64,000 nt of DNA from Eledone cirrhosa. Its lineage: Eukaryota. A model generated the notes under the pieces. The model was not told the DNA's origin and did no database searches. It saw only the letters and a program-made list of their open reading frames with translations. Position numbers and translations under genes: made by a program. The stretch spans positions 5,394,001 to 5,458,000 of the forward strand of contig OZ024757.1 of NCBI GenBank assembly GCA_964016885.1, in the 5' to 3' direction. Shown here in pieces: positions 14,791 through 30,800 of the stretch; within the stretch, counting starts at the first letter, position 1, and every line of letters starts with the position of its first letter.

Positions 14791-17700
14791 ACAGTCTCCT
14801 CTCCTACATCTGATTCCTCTTATACCTAGTTTCTCTCTCAGTTCATCCATACACATCACATTTCTATACCAACACAGTCTCCTCTCCTACATCTGATTCC
14901 TCTTATACCTAGTTTCTCTCTCAGTTCATCCATACACATCCCATGTCTATACCAACACAGTCTTCTCTCCTACACACTACATCTGATTCCTCTTATACCT
15001 AGTTTCTCTCTCAGTTCATCCATACACATCACATGTCTATACCAACACAGTCTCCTCTCCTACATCTGATTCCTCTTATACCTAGTTTCTCTCTCAGTTC
15101 ATCCATACACATCACATGTCTATACCAACACAGTCTCCTCTCCTACATCTGATTCCTCTTATACCTAGTTTCTCTCCCAGTTCATCCATACACATCACAT
15201 GTCTATACCAACACAGTCTCCTCTCCTACATCTGATTCCTCTTATACCTAGTTTCTCTCCATCCATACACATCACATGTCTATACCAACACAGTCTCCTC
15301 TCCTACATCTGATTCCTCTTATACCTAGTTTCTCTCTCCATCCATACACATCACATGTCTATACCAACACAGTCTCCTCTCCTACAGCTGATTCCTCTTA
15401 TACCTAGTTTCTCTCCCAGTTCATCCATACACATCACATGTCTTTACCAACACAGTCTCCTCTCCTACATCTGATTCCTCTTATACCTAGTTTCTCTCTC
15501 AGTTCATCCATACACATCACATGTCTATACCAACACAGTCTCCTCTCCTACATCTGATTCCTCTTATACCTAGTTTCTCTCCCAGTTCATCCATACACAT
15601 CACATGTCTATACCAACACAGTCTCCTCTCCTACATCTGATTCCTCTTATACCTAGTTTCTCTCCCAGTTCATCCATACACATCGCATGTCTATACCAAC
15701 ACAGTCTCCTCTCCTACATCTGATTCCTCTTATACCTAGTTTCTCTCCCAGTTCATCCATACACATCACATGTCTATACCAACACAGTCTCCTCTCCTAC
15801 ATCTGATTCCTCTTATACCTAGTTTCTCTCCCAGTTCATCCATACACATCACATGTCTATACCAACACAGTCTCCTCTCCTACACCTGATTCCTCTTATA
15901 CCTAGTTTCTCTCCCAGTTCATCCATACACATCACATGTCTATACCAACACAGTCTCCTCTCCTACACACTACATGTGATTCCTCTTATAACTAGTTTCT
16001 CTCCCAGTTCATCCATACACATCCCATGTCTATACCAACACAGTCTCCTCTCCTACATCTGATTCCTCTTATACCTAGTTTCTCTCTCAGTTCATCCATA
16101 CACATCACATGTCTATACCAACACAGTCTCCTCTCCTACATCCGATTCCTCTTATACCTAGTTTCTCTCCCAGTTCATCCATACACATCACATGTCTATA
16201 CCAACACAGTCTCCTCTCCTACATCTGATTCCTCTTATACCTAGTTTCTCTCTCCATCCATACACATCACACGTCTATACCAACACAGTCTCCTCTCCTA
16301 CATCTGATTCCTCTTATACCTAGTTTCTCTCTCAGTTCATCCATACACATCACATTTCTATACCAACACAGTCTCCTCTCCTACATCTGATTCCTCTTAT
16401 ACCTAGTTTCTCTCTCAGTTCATCCATACACATCCCATGTCTATACCAACACAGTCTTCTCTCCTACACACTACATCTGATTCCTCTTATACCTAGTTTC
16501 TCTCTCAGTTCATCCATACACATCACATGTCTATACCAACACAGTCTCTTCTCCTATACACTACATCTGATTCCTCTTATACCTAGTTTCTCTCTCAGTT
16601 CATCCATACACATCCCATGTCCATACCAACACAGTCTTCTCTCCTACACACTACATCTGATTCCTCATATACCTATTTTCTCTCCCAGTTCATCCATACA
16701 CATCACATGTCTATACCAACACAGTCTCCTCTCCTACATCTGATTCCTCTTATACCTAGTTTCTCTCTCAGTTCATCCATACACATCACATGTCTATACC
16801 AACACAGTCTCCTCTCCTACATCTGATTCCTCTTATACCTAGTTTCTCTCTCAGTTCATCCATACACATCACATGTCTATACCAACACAGTCTCCTCTCC
16901 TACATCTGATTCCTCTTATACCTAGTTTCTCTCCATCCATACACATCACATGTCTATACCAACACAGTCTCCTCTCCTACATCTGATTCCTCTTATACCT
17001 AGTTTCTCTCCCAGTTCATCCATACACATCACATGTCTATACCAACACAGTCTCCTCTCCTACATCTGATTCCTCTTATACCTAGTTTCTCTCTCCATCC
17101 ATACACATCACATGTCTATACCAACACAGTCTCCTCTCCTACAGCTGATTCCTCTTATACCTAGTTTCTCTCCCAGTTCATCCATACACATCACATGTCT
17201 TTACCAACACAGTCTCCTCTCCTACACCTGATTCCTCTTATACCTAGTTTCTCTCTCAGTTCATCCATACACATCACATGTCTATACCAACACAGTCTCC
17301 TCTCCTACATCTGATTCCTCTTATACCTAGTTTCTCTCCCAGTTCATCCATACACATCACATGTCTATACCAACACAGTCTCCTCTCCTACATCTGATTC
17401 CTCTTATACCTAGTTTCTCTCCCAGTTCATCCATACACATCGCATGTCTATACCAACACAGTCTCCTCTCCTACATCTGATTCCTCTTATACCTAGTTTC
17501 TCTCCCAGTTCATCCATACACATCACATGTCTATACCAACACAGTCTCCTCTCCTACATCTGATTCCTCTTATACCTAGTTTCTCTCCCAGTTCATCCAT
17601 ACACATCACATGTCTATACCAACACAGTCTCCTCTCCTACACCTGATTCCTCTTATACCTAGTTTCTCTCCCAGTTCATCCATACACATCACATGTCTAT

Positions 17701-20700
17701 ACCAACACAGTCTCCTCTCCTACACACTACATGTGATTCCTCTTATAACTAGTTTCTCTCCCAGTTCATCCATACACATCCCATGTCTATACCAACACAG
17801 TCTCCTCTCCTACATCTGATTATTCTTATACCTAGTTTCTCTCTCAGTTCATCCATACACATCACATGTCTATACGAACACAGTCTCCTCTCCTACATCT
17901 GATTCCTCTTATACCTAGTTTCTCTCTCAGTTCATCCATACACATCACATGTCTATACCAACACAGTCTCCTCTCCTACATCTGATTCCTCTTATCCCTA
18001 GTTTCTCTCTCCATCCATACACATCACATGTCTATACCAACACAGTCTCCTCTCCTACACACTACATCTGATTCCTCTTATACCTAGTTTCTCTCCCAGT
18101 TCATCCATACACATCACATGTCTATACCAACACAGTTTCCTCTCCTACACACTACATCTGATTCCTCTTATACCTAGTTTCTCTCTTAGTTCATCCATAC
18201 ACATCACATGTCTATACCAACACAGTCTCCTCTCCTACACACTACATCTGATTCCTCTTAAACCTAGTTTCTCTCTCAGTTCATCCATACACATCACATG
18301 TCTATACCAACACAGTCTCCTCTCCTACATCTGATTCCTCTTATACCTAGTTTCTCTCCCAGTTCAACCATACACATCACATGTCTATACCAACACAGTC
18401 TCCTCTCCTACATCTGATTCCTCTTATACCTAGTTTCTCTCCCAGTTCATCCATACACATCACATGTCTATACCAACACAGTCTCCTCTCCTACATCTGA
18501 TTCCTCTTATACCTAGTTTCTCTCCCAGTTCATCCATACACATCACATGTCTATACCAACACAGTCTCCTCTCCTACACACTACATGTGATTCCTCTTAT
18601 AACTAGTTTCTCTCCCAGTTCATCCATACACATCACATGTCTATACCAACACAGTCTCCTCTCCTACATCTGATTCCTCTTATACCTAGTTTCTCTCTCC
18701 ATCCATACACATCACACGTCTATACCAACACAGTCTCCTCTCCTACATCTGATTCCTCTTATACCTAGTTTCTCTCTCAGTTCATCCATACACATCACAT
18801 TTCTATACCAACACAGTCTCCTCTCCTACATCTGATTCCTCTTATACCTAGTTTCTCTCTCAGTTCATCCATACACATCCCATGTCTATACCAACACAGT
18901 CTTCTCTCCTACACACTACATCTGATTCCTCTTATACCTAGTTTCTCTCTCAGTTCATCCATACACATCACATGTCTATACCAACACAGTCTCCTCTCCT
19001 ACATCTGATTCCTCTTATACCTAGTTTCTCTCTCAGTTCATCCATACACATCACATGTCTATACCAACACAGTCTCCTCTCCTACATCTGATTCCTCTTA
19101 TACCTAGTTTCTCTCCCAGTTCATCCATACACATCACATGTCTATACCAACACAGTCTCCTCTCCTACATCTGATTCCTCTTATACCTAGTTTCTCTCCA
19201 TCCATACACATCACATGTCTATACCAACACAGTCTCCTCTCCTACATCTGATTCCTCTTATACCTAGTTTCTCTCTCCATCCATACACATCACATGTCTA
19301 TACCAACACAGTCTCCTCTCCTACAGCTGATTCCTCTTATACCTAGTTTCTCTCCCAGTTCATCCATACACATCACATGTCTTTACCAACACAGTCTCCT
19401 CTCCTACATCTGATTCCTCTTATACCTAGTTTCTCTCTCAGTTCATCCATACACATCACATGTCTATACCAACACAGTCTCCTCTCCTACATCTGATTCC
19501 TCTTATACCTAGTTTCTCTCCCAGTTCATCCATACACATCACATGTCTATACCAACACAGTCTCCTCTCCTACATCTGATTCCTCTTATACCTAGTTTCT
19601 CTCCCAGTTCATCCATACACATCGCATGTCTATACCAACACAGTCTCCTCTCCTACATCTGATTCCTCTTATACCTAGTTTCTCTCCCAGTTCATCCATA
19701 CACATCACATGTCTATACCAACACAGTCTCCTCTCCTACATCTGATTCCTCTTATACCTAGTTTCTCTCCCAGTTCATCCATACACATCACATGTCTATA
19801 CCAACACAGTCTCCTCTCCTACACCTGATTCCTCTTATACCTAGTTTCTCTCCCAGTTCATCCATACACATCACATGTCTATACCAACACAGTCTCCTCT
19901 CCTACACACTACATGTGATTCCTCTTATAACTAGTTTCTCTCCCAGTTCATCCATACACATCCCATGTCTATACCAACACAGTCTCCTCTCCTACATCTG
20001 ATTCCTCTTATACCTAGTTTCTCTCTCAGTTCATCCATACACATCACATGTCTATACCAACACAGTCTCCTCTCCTACATCCGATTCCTCTTATACCTAG
20101 TTTCTCTCCCAGTTCATCCATACACATCACATGTCTATACCAACACAGTCTCCTCTCCTACATCTGATTCCTCTTATACCTAGTTTCTCTCTCCATCCAT
20201 ACACATCACACGTCTATACCAACACAGTCTCCTCTCCTACATCTGATTCCTCTTATACCTAGTTTCTCTCTCAGTTCATCCATACACATCACATTTCTAT
20301 ACCAACACAGTCTCCTCTCCTACATCTGATTCCTCTTATACCTAGTTTCTCTCTCAGTTCATCCATACACATCCCATGTCTATACCAACACAGTCTTCTC
20401 TCCTACACACTACATCTGATTCCTCTTATACCTAGTTTCTCTCTCAGTTCATCCATACACATCACATGTCTATACCAACACAGTCTCTTCTCCTATACAC
20501 TACATCTGATTCCTCTTATACCTAGTTTCTCTCTCAGTTCATCCATACACATCCCATGTCCATACCAACACAGTCTTCTCTCCTACACACTACATCTGAT
20601 TCCTCATATACCTATTTTCTCTCCCAGTTCATCCATACACATCACATGTCTATACCAACACAGTCTCCTCTCCTACATCTGATTCCTCTTATACCTAGTT

Positions 20701-21810
20701 TCTCTCTCAGTTCATCCATACACATCACATGTCTATACCAACACAGTCTCCTCTCCTACATCTGATTCCTCTTATACCTAGTTTCTCTCTCAGTTCATCC
20801 ATACACATCACATGTCTATACCAACACAGTCTCCTCTCCTACATCTGATTCCTCTTATACCTAGTTTCTCTCCATCCATACACATCACATGTCTATACCA
20901 ACACAGTCTCCTCTCCTACATCTGATTCCTCTTATACCTAGTTTCTCTCCCAGTTCATCCATACACATCACATGTCTATACCAACACAGTCTCCTCTCCT
21001 ACATCTGATTCCTCTTATACCTAGTTTCTCTCTCCATCCATACACATCACATGTCTATACCAACACAGTCTCCTCTCCTACAGCTGATTCCTCTTATACC
21101 TAGTTTCTCTCCCAGTTCATCCATACACATCACATGTCTTTACCAACACAGTCTCCTCTCCTACATCTGATTCCTCTTATACCTAGTTTCTCTCTCAGTT
21201 CATCCATACACATCACATGTCTATACCAACACAGTCTCCTCTCCTACATCTGATTCCTCTTATACCTAGTTTCTCTCCCAGTTCATCCATACACATCACA
21301 TGTCTATACCAACACAGTCTCCTCTCCTACATCTGATTCCTCTTATACCTAGTTTCTCTCCCAGTTCATCCATACACATCGCATGTCTATACCAACACAG
21401 TCTCCTCTCCTACATCTGATTCCTCTTATACCTAGTTTCTCTCCCAGTTCATCCATACACATCACATGTCTATACCAACACAGTCTCCTCTCCTACATCT
21501 GATTCCTCTTATACCTAGTTTCTCTCCCAGTTCATCCATACACATCACATGTCTATACCAACACAGTCTCCTCTCCTACACCTGATTCCTCTTATACCTA
21601 GTTTCTCTCCCAGTTCATCCATACACATCACATGTCTATACCAACACAGTCTCCTCTCCTACACACTACATGTGATTCCTCTTATAACTAGTTTCTCTCC
21701 CAGTTCATCCATACACATCCCATGTCTATACCAACACAGTCTCCTCTCCTACATCTGATTCCTCTTATACCTAGTTTCTCTCTCAGTTCATCCATACACA
21801 TCACATGTCT
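14500..21810 (+). repeat. Repeat block with 3,939-bp offset
   Basis: ORF starts 14525/18464, 15853/19792, 16026/19965, 16617/20556 and 17610/21549, and CAGCTG markers 15385/19324 and 17142/21081. Confidence 0.85.
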
Positions 21811-24800
21811 ATACCAACACAGTCTCCTCTCCTACATCTGATTCCTCTTATACATAGTTTCTCTCCCAGTTCATCCATACACATCACATGTCTATACCAA
21901 CACAGTCTCCTCTCCTACATCTGATTCCTCTTATACCTAGTTTCTCCCTCCATCCATACACATCACACATCTATACCAACACAGTCTCCTCTCCTACATC
22001 TGATTCCTCTTATACCTAGTTTCTCTCTCAGTTCATCCATACACATCACATTTCTATACCAACACAGTCTCCTCTCCTACATCTGATTCCTCTTATACCT
22101 AGTTTCTCTCTCAGTTCATCCATACACATCACATGTCTATACCAACACAGTCTCCTCTCCTACATCTGATTCCTCTTATACCTAGTTTCTCTCCCAGTTC
22201 ATCCATACACATCGCATGTCTATACCAACACAGTCTCCTCTCCTACATCTGATTCCTCTTATACCTAGTTTCTCTCCCAGTTCATCCATACACATCACAT
22301 GTCTATACCAACACAGTCTCCTCTCCTACATCTGATTCCTCTTATACCTAGTTTCTCTCCCAGTTCATCCATACACATCACATGTCTATACCAACACAGT
22401 CTCCTCTCCTACACCTGATTCCTCTTATACCTAGTTTCTCTCCCAGTTCATCCATACACATCACATGTCTATACCAACACAGTCTCCTCTCCTACACACT
22501 ACATGTGATTCCTCTTATAACTAGTTTCTCTCCCAGTTCATCCATACACATCCCATGTCTATACCAACACAGTCTCCTCTCCTACATCTGATTCCTCTTA
22601 TACCTAGTTTCTCTCCCAGTTCATCCATACATATCACATGTCTATACCAACACAGTCTCCTCTCCTACACACTACATCTGATTCCTGTCATACCTAGTTT
22701 CTCTCCCAGTTCATCCATACACATCACATGTCTATACCAACACAGTCTCCTCTCCTACACACTACATGTGATTCCTCTTATAACTAGTTTCTCTCCCAGT
22801 TCATCCATACACATCACATGTCTATACCAACACAGTCTCCTCTCCTACATCTGATTCCTCTTATACCTAGTTTCTCTCTCCATCCATACACATCACACGT
22901 CTATACCAACACAGTCTCCTCTCCTACATCTGATTCCTCTTATACCTAGTTTCTCTCTCAGTTCATCCATACACATCACATTTCTATACCAACACAGTCT
23001 CCTCTCCTACATCTGATTCCACTTATACCTAGTTTCTCTCTCAGTTCATCCATACACATCCCATGTCTATACCAACACAGTCTTCTCTCCTACACACTAC
23101 ATCTGATTCCTCTTATACCTAGTTTCTCTCTCAGTTCATCCATACACATCACATGTCTATACCAACACAGTCTCCTCTCCTACATCTGATTCCTCTTATA
23201 CCTAGTTTCTCTCTCAGTTCATCCATACACATCACATGTCTATACCAACACAGTCTCTTCTCCTATACACTACATCTGATTCCTCTTATACCTAGTTTCT
23301 CTCTCAGTTCATCCATACACATCCCATGTCTATACCAACACAGTCTTCTCTCCTACACACTACATCTGATTCCTCATATACCTAGTTTCTCTCTCCATCC
23401 ATACACATCACATGTCTATACCAACACAGTCTCCTCTCCTACATCTGATTCCTCTTATACCTAGTTTCTCTCTCAGTTCATCCATACACATCACATGTCT
23501 ATACCAACACAGTCTCCTCTCCGACATCTGATTCCTCTTATACCTAGTTTCTCTCTCAGTTCATCCATACACATCACATGTCTATACCAACACAGTCTCC
23601 TCTCCTACATCTGATTCCTCTTATACCTAGTTTCTCTCTCAGTTCATCCATACACATCACATGTCTTTACCAACACAGTCTCCTCTCCTACATCTGATTC
23701 CTCTTATACCTATTTTCTCTCCCAGTTCATCCATACACATCACATGTCTATACCAACACAGTCTCCTCTCCTACATCTGATTCCTCTTATACCTAGTTTC
23801 TCTCTCAGTTCATCCATACACATCACATGTCTATACCAACACAGTCTCCTCTCCTACATCTGATTCCTCTTATACCTAGTTTCTCTCTCAGTTCATCCAT
23901 ACACATCACATGTCTATACCAACACAGTCTCCTCTCCTACATCTGATTCCTCTTATACCTAGTTTCTCTCCCAGTTCATCCATACACATCGCATGTCTAT
24001 ACCAACACAGTCTCCTCTCCTACATCTGATTCCTCTTATACCTAGTTTCTCTCCCAGTTCATCCATACACATCACATGTCTATACCAACACAGTCTCCTC
24101 TCCTACATCTGATTCCTCTTATACCTAGTTTCTCTCCCAGTTCATCCATACACATCACATGTCTATACCAACACAGTCTCCTCTCCTACACCTGATTCCT
24201 CTTATACCTAGTTTCTCTCCCAGTTCATCCATACACATCACATGTCTATACCAACACAGTCTCCTCTCCTACACACTACATGTGATTCCTCTTATAACTA
24301 GTTTCTCTCCCAGTTCATCCATACACATCACATGTCTATACCAACACAGTCTCCTCTCCTACATCTGATTCCTCTTATACCTAGTTTCTCTCTCCATCCA
24401 TACACATCACACGTCTATACCAACACATTCTCCTCTCCTACATCTGATTCCTCTTATACCTAGTTTCTCTCTCAGTTCATCCATACACATCACATGTCTA
24501 TACCAACACAGTCTCCTCTCCTACATCTGATTCCTCTTATACCTAGTTTCTCTCTCAGTTCATCCATACACATCACATGTCTATACCAACACAGTCTCTT
24601 CTCCTATACACTACATCTGATTCCTCTTATACCTAGTTTCTCTCTCAGTTCATCCATACACATCCCATGTCTATACCAACACAGTCTTCTCTCCTACACA
24701 CTACATCTGATTCCTCATATACCTAGTTTCTCTCTCCATCCATACACATCACATGTCTATACCAACACAGTCTCCTCTCCTACATCTGATTCCTCTTATA

Positions 24801-27800
24801 CCTAGTTTCTCTCTCAGTTCAGCCATACACATCACATGTCTATACCAACACAGTCTCCTCTCCTACATCTGATTCCTCTTATACCTAGTTTCTCTCCCAG
24901 TTCATCCATACACATCACATGTCTATACCAACACAGTCTCCTCTCCTACATCTGATTCCTCTTATACCTAGTTTCTCTCCATCCATACACATCACATGTC
25001 TATACCAACACAGTCTCCTCTCCTACATCTGATTCCTCTTATACCTAGTTTCTCTCCATCCATACACATCACATGTCTATACCAACACAGTCTCCTCTCC
25101 TACATCTGATTCCTCTTATACCTAGTTTCTCTCTCCATCCATACACATCACATGTCTATACCAACACAGTCTCCTCTCCTACAGCTGATTCCTCTTATAC
25201 CTAGTTTCTCTCCCAGTTCATCCATACACATCACATGTCTTTACCAACACAGTCTCCTCTCCTACATCTGATTCCTCTTATACCTAGTTTCTCTCTCAGT
25301 TCATCCATACACATCACATGTCTATACCAACACAGTCTCCTCTCCTACATCTGATTCCTCTTATACCTAGTTTCTCTCCCAGTTCATCCATACACATCAC
25401 ATGTCTATACCAACACAGTCTCCTCTCCTACATGTGATTCCTCTTATACCTAGTTTCTCTCCCAGTTCATCCATACACATCGCATGTCTATACCAACACA
25501 GTCTCCTCTCCTACATCTGATTCCTCTTATACCTAGTTTCTCTCCCAGTTCATCCATACACATCACATGTCTATACCAACACAGTCTCCTCTCCTACATC
25601 TGATTCCTCTTATACCTAGTTTCTCTCCCAGTTCATCCATACACATCACATGTCTATACCAACACAGTCTCCTCTCCTACACCTGATTCCTCTTATACCT
25701 AGTTTCTCTCCCAGTTCATCCATACACATCACATGTCTATACCAACACAGTCTCCTCTCCTACACACTACATGTGATTCCTCTTATAACTAGTTTCTCTC
25801 CCAGTTCATCCATACACATCCCATGTCTATACCAACACAGTCTCCTCTCCTACATCTGATTCCTCTTATACCTAGTTTCTCTCTCAGTTCATCCATACAC
25901 ATCACATGTCTATACCAACACAGTCTCCTCTCCTACATCCGATTCCTCTTATACCTAGTTTCTCTCCCAGTTCATCCATACACATCACATGTCTATACCA
26001 ACACAGTCTCCTCTCCTACATCTGATTCCTCTTATACCTAGTTTCTCTCTCCATCCATACACATCACACGTCTATACCAACACAGTCTCCTCTCCTACAT
26101 CTGATTCCTCTTATACCTAGTTTCTCTCTCAGTTCATCCATACACATCACATTTCTATACCAACACAGTCTCCTCTCCTACATCTGATTCCTCTTATACC
26201 TAGTTTCTCTCTCAGTTCATCCATACACATCCCATGTCTATACCAACACAGTCTTCTCTCCTACACACTACATCTGATTCCTCTTATACCTAGTTTCTCT
26301 CTCAGTTCATCCATACACATCACATGTCTATACCAACACAGTCTCTTCTCCTATACACTACATCTGATTCCTCTTATACCTAGTTTCTCTCTCAGTTCAC
26401 CCATACACATCCCATGTCCATACCAACACAGTCTTCTCTCCTACACACTACATCTGATTCCTCATATACCTATTTTCTCTCCCAGTTCATCCATACACAT
26501 CACATGTCTATACCAACACAGTCTCCTCTCCTACATCTGATTCCTCTTATACCTAGTTTCTCTCTCAGTTCATCCATACACATCACATGTCTATACCAAC
26601 ACAGTCTCCTCTCCTACATCTGATTCCTCTTATACCTAGTTTCTCTCTCAGTTCATCCATACACATCACATGTCTATACCAACACAGTCTCCTCTCCTAC
26701 ATCTGATTCCTCTTATACCTAGTTTCTCTCCATCCATACACATCACATGTCTATACCAACACAGTCTCCTCTCCTACATCTGATTCCTCTTATACCTAGT
26801 TTCTCTCCCAGTTCATCCATACACATCACATGTCTATACCAACACAGTCTCCTCTCCTACATCTGATTCCTCTTATACCTAGTTTCTCTCTCCATCCATA
26901 CACATCACATGTCTATACCAACACAGTCTCCTCTCCTACAGCTGATTCCTCTTATACCTAGTTTCTCTCCCAGTTCATCCATACACATCACATGTCTTTA
27001 CCAACACAGTCTCCTCTCCTACATCTGATTCCTCTTATACCTAGTTTCTCTCTCAGTTCATCCATACACATCACATGTCTATACCAACACAGTCTCCTCT
27101 CCTACATCTGATTCCTCTTATACCTAGTTTCTCTCCCAGTTCATCCATACACATCACATGTCTATACCAACACAGTCTCCTCTCCTACATCTGATTCCTC
27201 TTATACCTAGTTTCTCTCCCAGTTCATCCATACACATCGCATGTCTATACCAACACAGTCTCCTCTCCTACATCTGATTCCTCTTATACCTAGTTTCTCT
27301 CCCAGTTCATCCATACACATCACATGTCTATACCAACACAGTCTCCTCTCCTACATCTGATTCCTCTTATACCTAGTTTCTCTCCCAGTTCATCCATACA
27401 CATCACATGTCTATACCAACACAGTCTCCTCTCCTACACCTGATTCCTCTTATACCTAGTTTCTCTCCCAGTTCATCCATACACATCACATGTCTATACC
27501 AACACAGTCTCCTCTCCTACACACTACATGTGATTCCTCTTATAACTAGTTTCTCTCCCAGTTCATCCATACACATCCCATGTCTATACCAACACAGTCT
27601 CCTCTCCTACATCTGATTCCTCTTATACCTAGTTTCTCTCTCAGTTCATCCATACACATCACATGTCTATACCAACACAGTCTCCTCTCCTACATCTGAT
27701 TCCTCTTATACCTAGTTTCTCTCCCAGTTCATCCATACACATCACATGTCTATACCAACACAGTCTCCTCTCCTACATCTGATTCCTCTTATACCTAGTT

Positions 27801-30800
27801 TCTCCCTCCATCCATACACATCACATTTCTATACCAACACAGTCTCCTCTCCTACATCTGATTCCTCTTATACCTAGTTTCTCTCTCAGTTCATCCATAC
27901 ACATCACATGTCTATACCAACACAGTCTCCTCTCCTACATCTGATTCCTCTTATACCTAGTTTCTCTCCCAGTTCATCCATACACATCGCATGTCTATAC
28001 CAACACAGTCTCCTCTCCTACATCTGATTCCTCTTATACCTAGTTTCTCTCCCAGTTCATCCATACACATCACATGTCTATACCAACACAGTCTCCTCTC
28101 CTACATCTGATTCCTCTTATACCTAGTTTCTCTCTAAGTTCATCCATACACATCACATGTCTATACCAACACAGTCTCCTCTCCTACACCTGATTCCTCT
28201 TATACCTAGTTTCTCTCCCAGTTCATCCATACACATCACATGTCTATACCAACACAGTCTCCTCTCCTACACACTACATGTGATTCCTCTTATAACTAGT
28301 TTCTCTCCCAGTTCATCCATACACATCCCATGTCTATACCAACACAGTCTCCTCTCCTACATCTGATTCCTCTTATACCTAGTTTCTCTCCCAGTTCATC
28401 CATACATATCACATGTCTATACCAACACAGTCTCCTCTCCTACACACTACATCTGATTCCTCTTGTACCTAGTTTCTCTCTCAGTTCATCCATACACATC
28501 ACATGTCTATACCAACACAGTCTCCTCTCCTACACACTACATCTGATTCCTGTCATAGCTAGTTTCTCTCCCAGTTCATCCATACACATCACATGTCTAT
28601 ACCAACACAGTCTCCTCTCCTACACACTACATGTGATTCCTCTTATAACTAGTTTCTCTCCCAGTTCATCCATACACATCACATGTCTATACCAACACAG
28701 TCTCCTCTCCTACATCTGATTCCTCTTATACCTAGTTTCTCTCTCCATCCATACACATCACACGTCTATACCAACACAGTCTCCTCTCCTACATCTGATT
28801 CCTCTTATACCTAGTTTCTCTCTCAGTTCATCCATACACATCACATTTCTATACCAACACAGTCTCCTCTCCTACATCTGATTCCACTTATACCTAGTTT
28901 CTCTCTCAGTTCATCCATACACATCACATGTCTATACCAACACAGTCTTCTCTCCTACACACTACATCTGATTCCTCTTATACCTAGTTTCTCTCTCAGT
29001 TCATCCATACACATCACATGTCTATACCAACACAGTCTCCTCTCCTACATCTGATTCCTCTTATACCTAGTTTCTCTCTCAGTTCATCCATACACATCAC
29101 ATGTCTATACCAACACAGTCTCTTCTCCTATACACTACATCTGATTCCTCTTATACCTAGTTTCTCTCTCAGTTCATCCATACACATCCCATGTCTATAC
29201 CAACACAGTCTTCTCTCCTACACACTACATCTGATTCCTCATATACCTAGTTTCTCTCTCCATCCATACACATCACATGTCTATACCAACACAGTCTCCT
29301 CTCCTACATCTGATTCCTCTTATACCTAGTTTCTCTCCCAGTTCATCCATACACATCACATGTCTATACCAACACAGTCACCTCTCCTACATCTGATTCC
29401 TCTTATACCTAGTTTCTCTCCCAGTTCATCCATACACATCACATGTCTATACCAACACAGTCTCCTCTCCTACACCTGATTCCTCTTATACCTAGTTTCT
29501 CTCCCAGTTCATCCATACACATCACATGTCTATACCAACACAGTCTCCTCTCCTACACACTACATGTGATTCCTCTTATAACTAGTTTCTCTCCCAGTTC
29601 ATCCATACACATCCCATGTCTATACCAACACAGTCTCCTCTCCTACATCTGATTCCTCTTATACCTAGTTTCTCTCTCAGTTCATCCATACACATCACAT
29701 GTCTATACCAACACAGTCTCCTCTCCTACATCCGATTCCTCTTATACCTAGTTTCTCTCCCAGTTCATCCATACACATCACATGTCTATACCAACACAGT
29801 CTCCTCTCCTACATCTGATTCCTCTTATACCTAGTTTCTCTCTCCATCCATACACATCACACGTCTATACCAACACAGTCTCCTCTCCTACATCTGATTC
29901 CTCTTATACCTAGTTTCTCTCTCAGTTCATCCATACACATCACATTTCTATACCAACACAGTCTCCTCTCCTACATCTGATTCCTCTTATACCTAGTTTC
30001 TCTCTCAGTTCATCCATACACATCCCATGTCTATACCAACACAGTCTTCTCTCCTACACACTACATCTGATTCCTCTTATACCTAGTTTCTCTCTCAGTT
30101 CATCCATACACATCACATGTCTATACCAACACAGTCTCTTCTCCTATACACTACATCTGATTCCTCTTATACCTAGTTTCTCTCTCAGTTCATCCATACA
30201 CATCCCATGTCCATACCAACACAGTCTTCTCTCCTACACACTACATCTGATTCCTCATATACCTATTTTCTCTCCCAGTTCATCCATACACATCACATGT
30301 CTATACCAACACAGTCTCCTCTCCTACATCTGATTCCTCTTATACCTAGTTTCTCTCTCAGTTCATCCATACACATCACATGTCTATACCAACACAGTCT
30401 CCTCTCCTACATCTGATTCCTCTTATACCTAGTTTCTCTCTCAGTTCATCCATACACATCACATGTCTATACCAACACAGTCTCCTCTCCTACATCTGAT
30501 TCCTCTTATACCTAGTTTCTCTCCATCCATACACATCACATGTCTATACCAACACAGTCTCCTCTCCTACATCTGATTCCTCTTATACCTAGTTTCTCTC
30601 CCAGTTCATCCATACACATCACATGTCTATACCAACACAGTCTCCTCTCCTACATCTGATTCCTCTTATACCTAGTTTCTCTCTCCATCCATACACATCA
30701 CATGTCTATACCAACACAGTCTCCTCTCCTACAGCTGATTCCTCTTATACCTAGTTTCTCTCCCAGTTCATCCATACACATCACATGTCTTTACCAACAC

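Larger units (their letters stand above)
1..21800 (+). repeat. Long-range duplication with ~12.0-13.0 kb offset (about 1-8,800 repeated at about 12,000-21,800)
   Basis: ORF starts 307/12305, 480/12478 and 563/12561 (11,998); 736/12900 and 1586/13750 (12,164); 3170/15853 and 3934/16617 (12,683); 5431/18464 and 8516/21549 (13,033). The rare monomer CCTAGATCTG..CTTTTACC..CTCTACATCC was seen only at ~935 and ~13,099. Confidence 0.85.
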
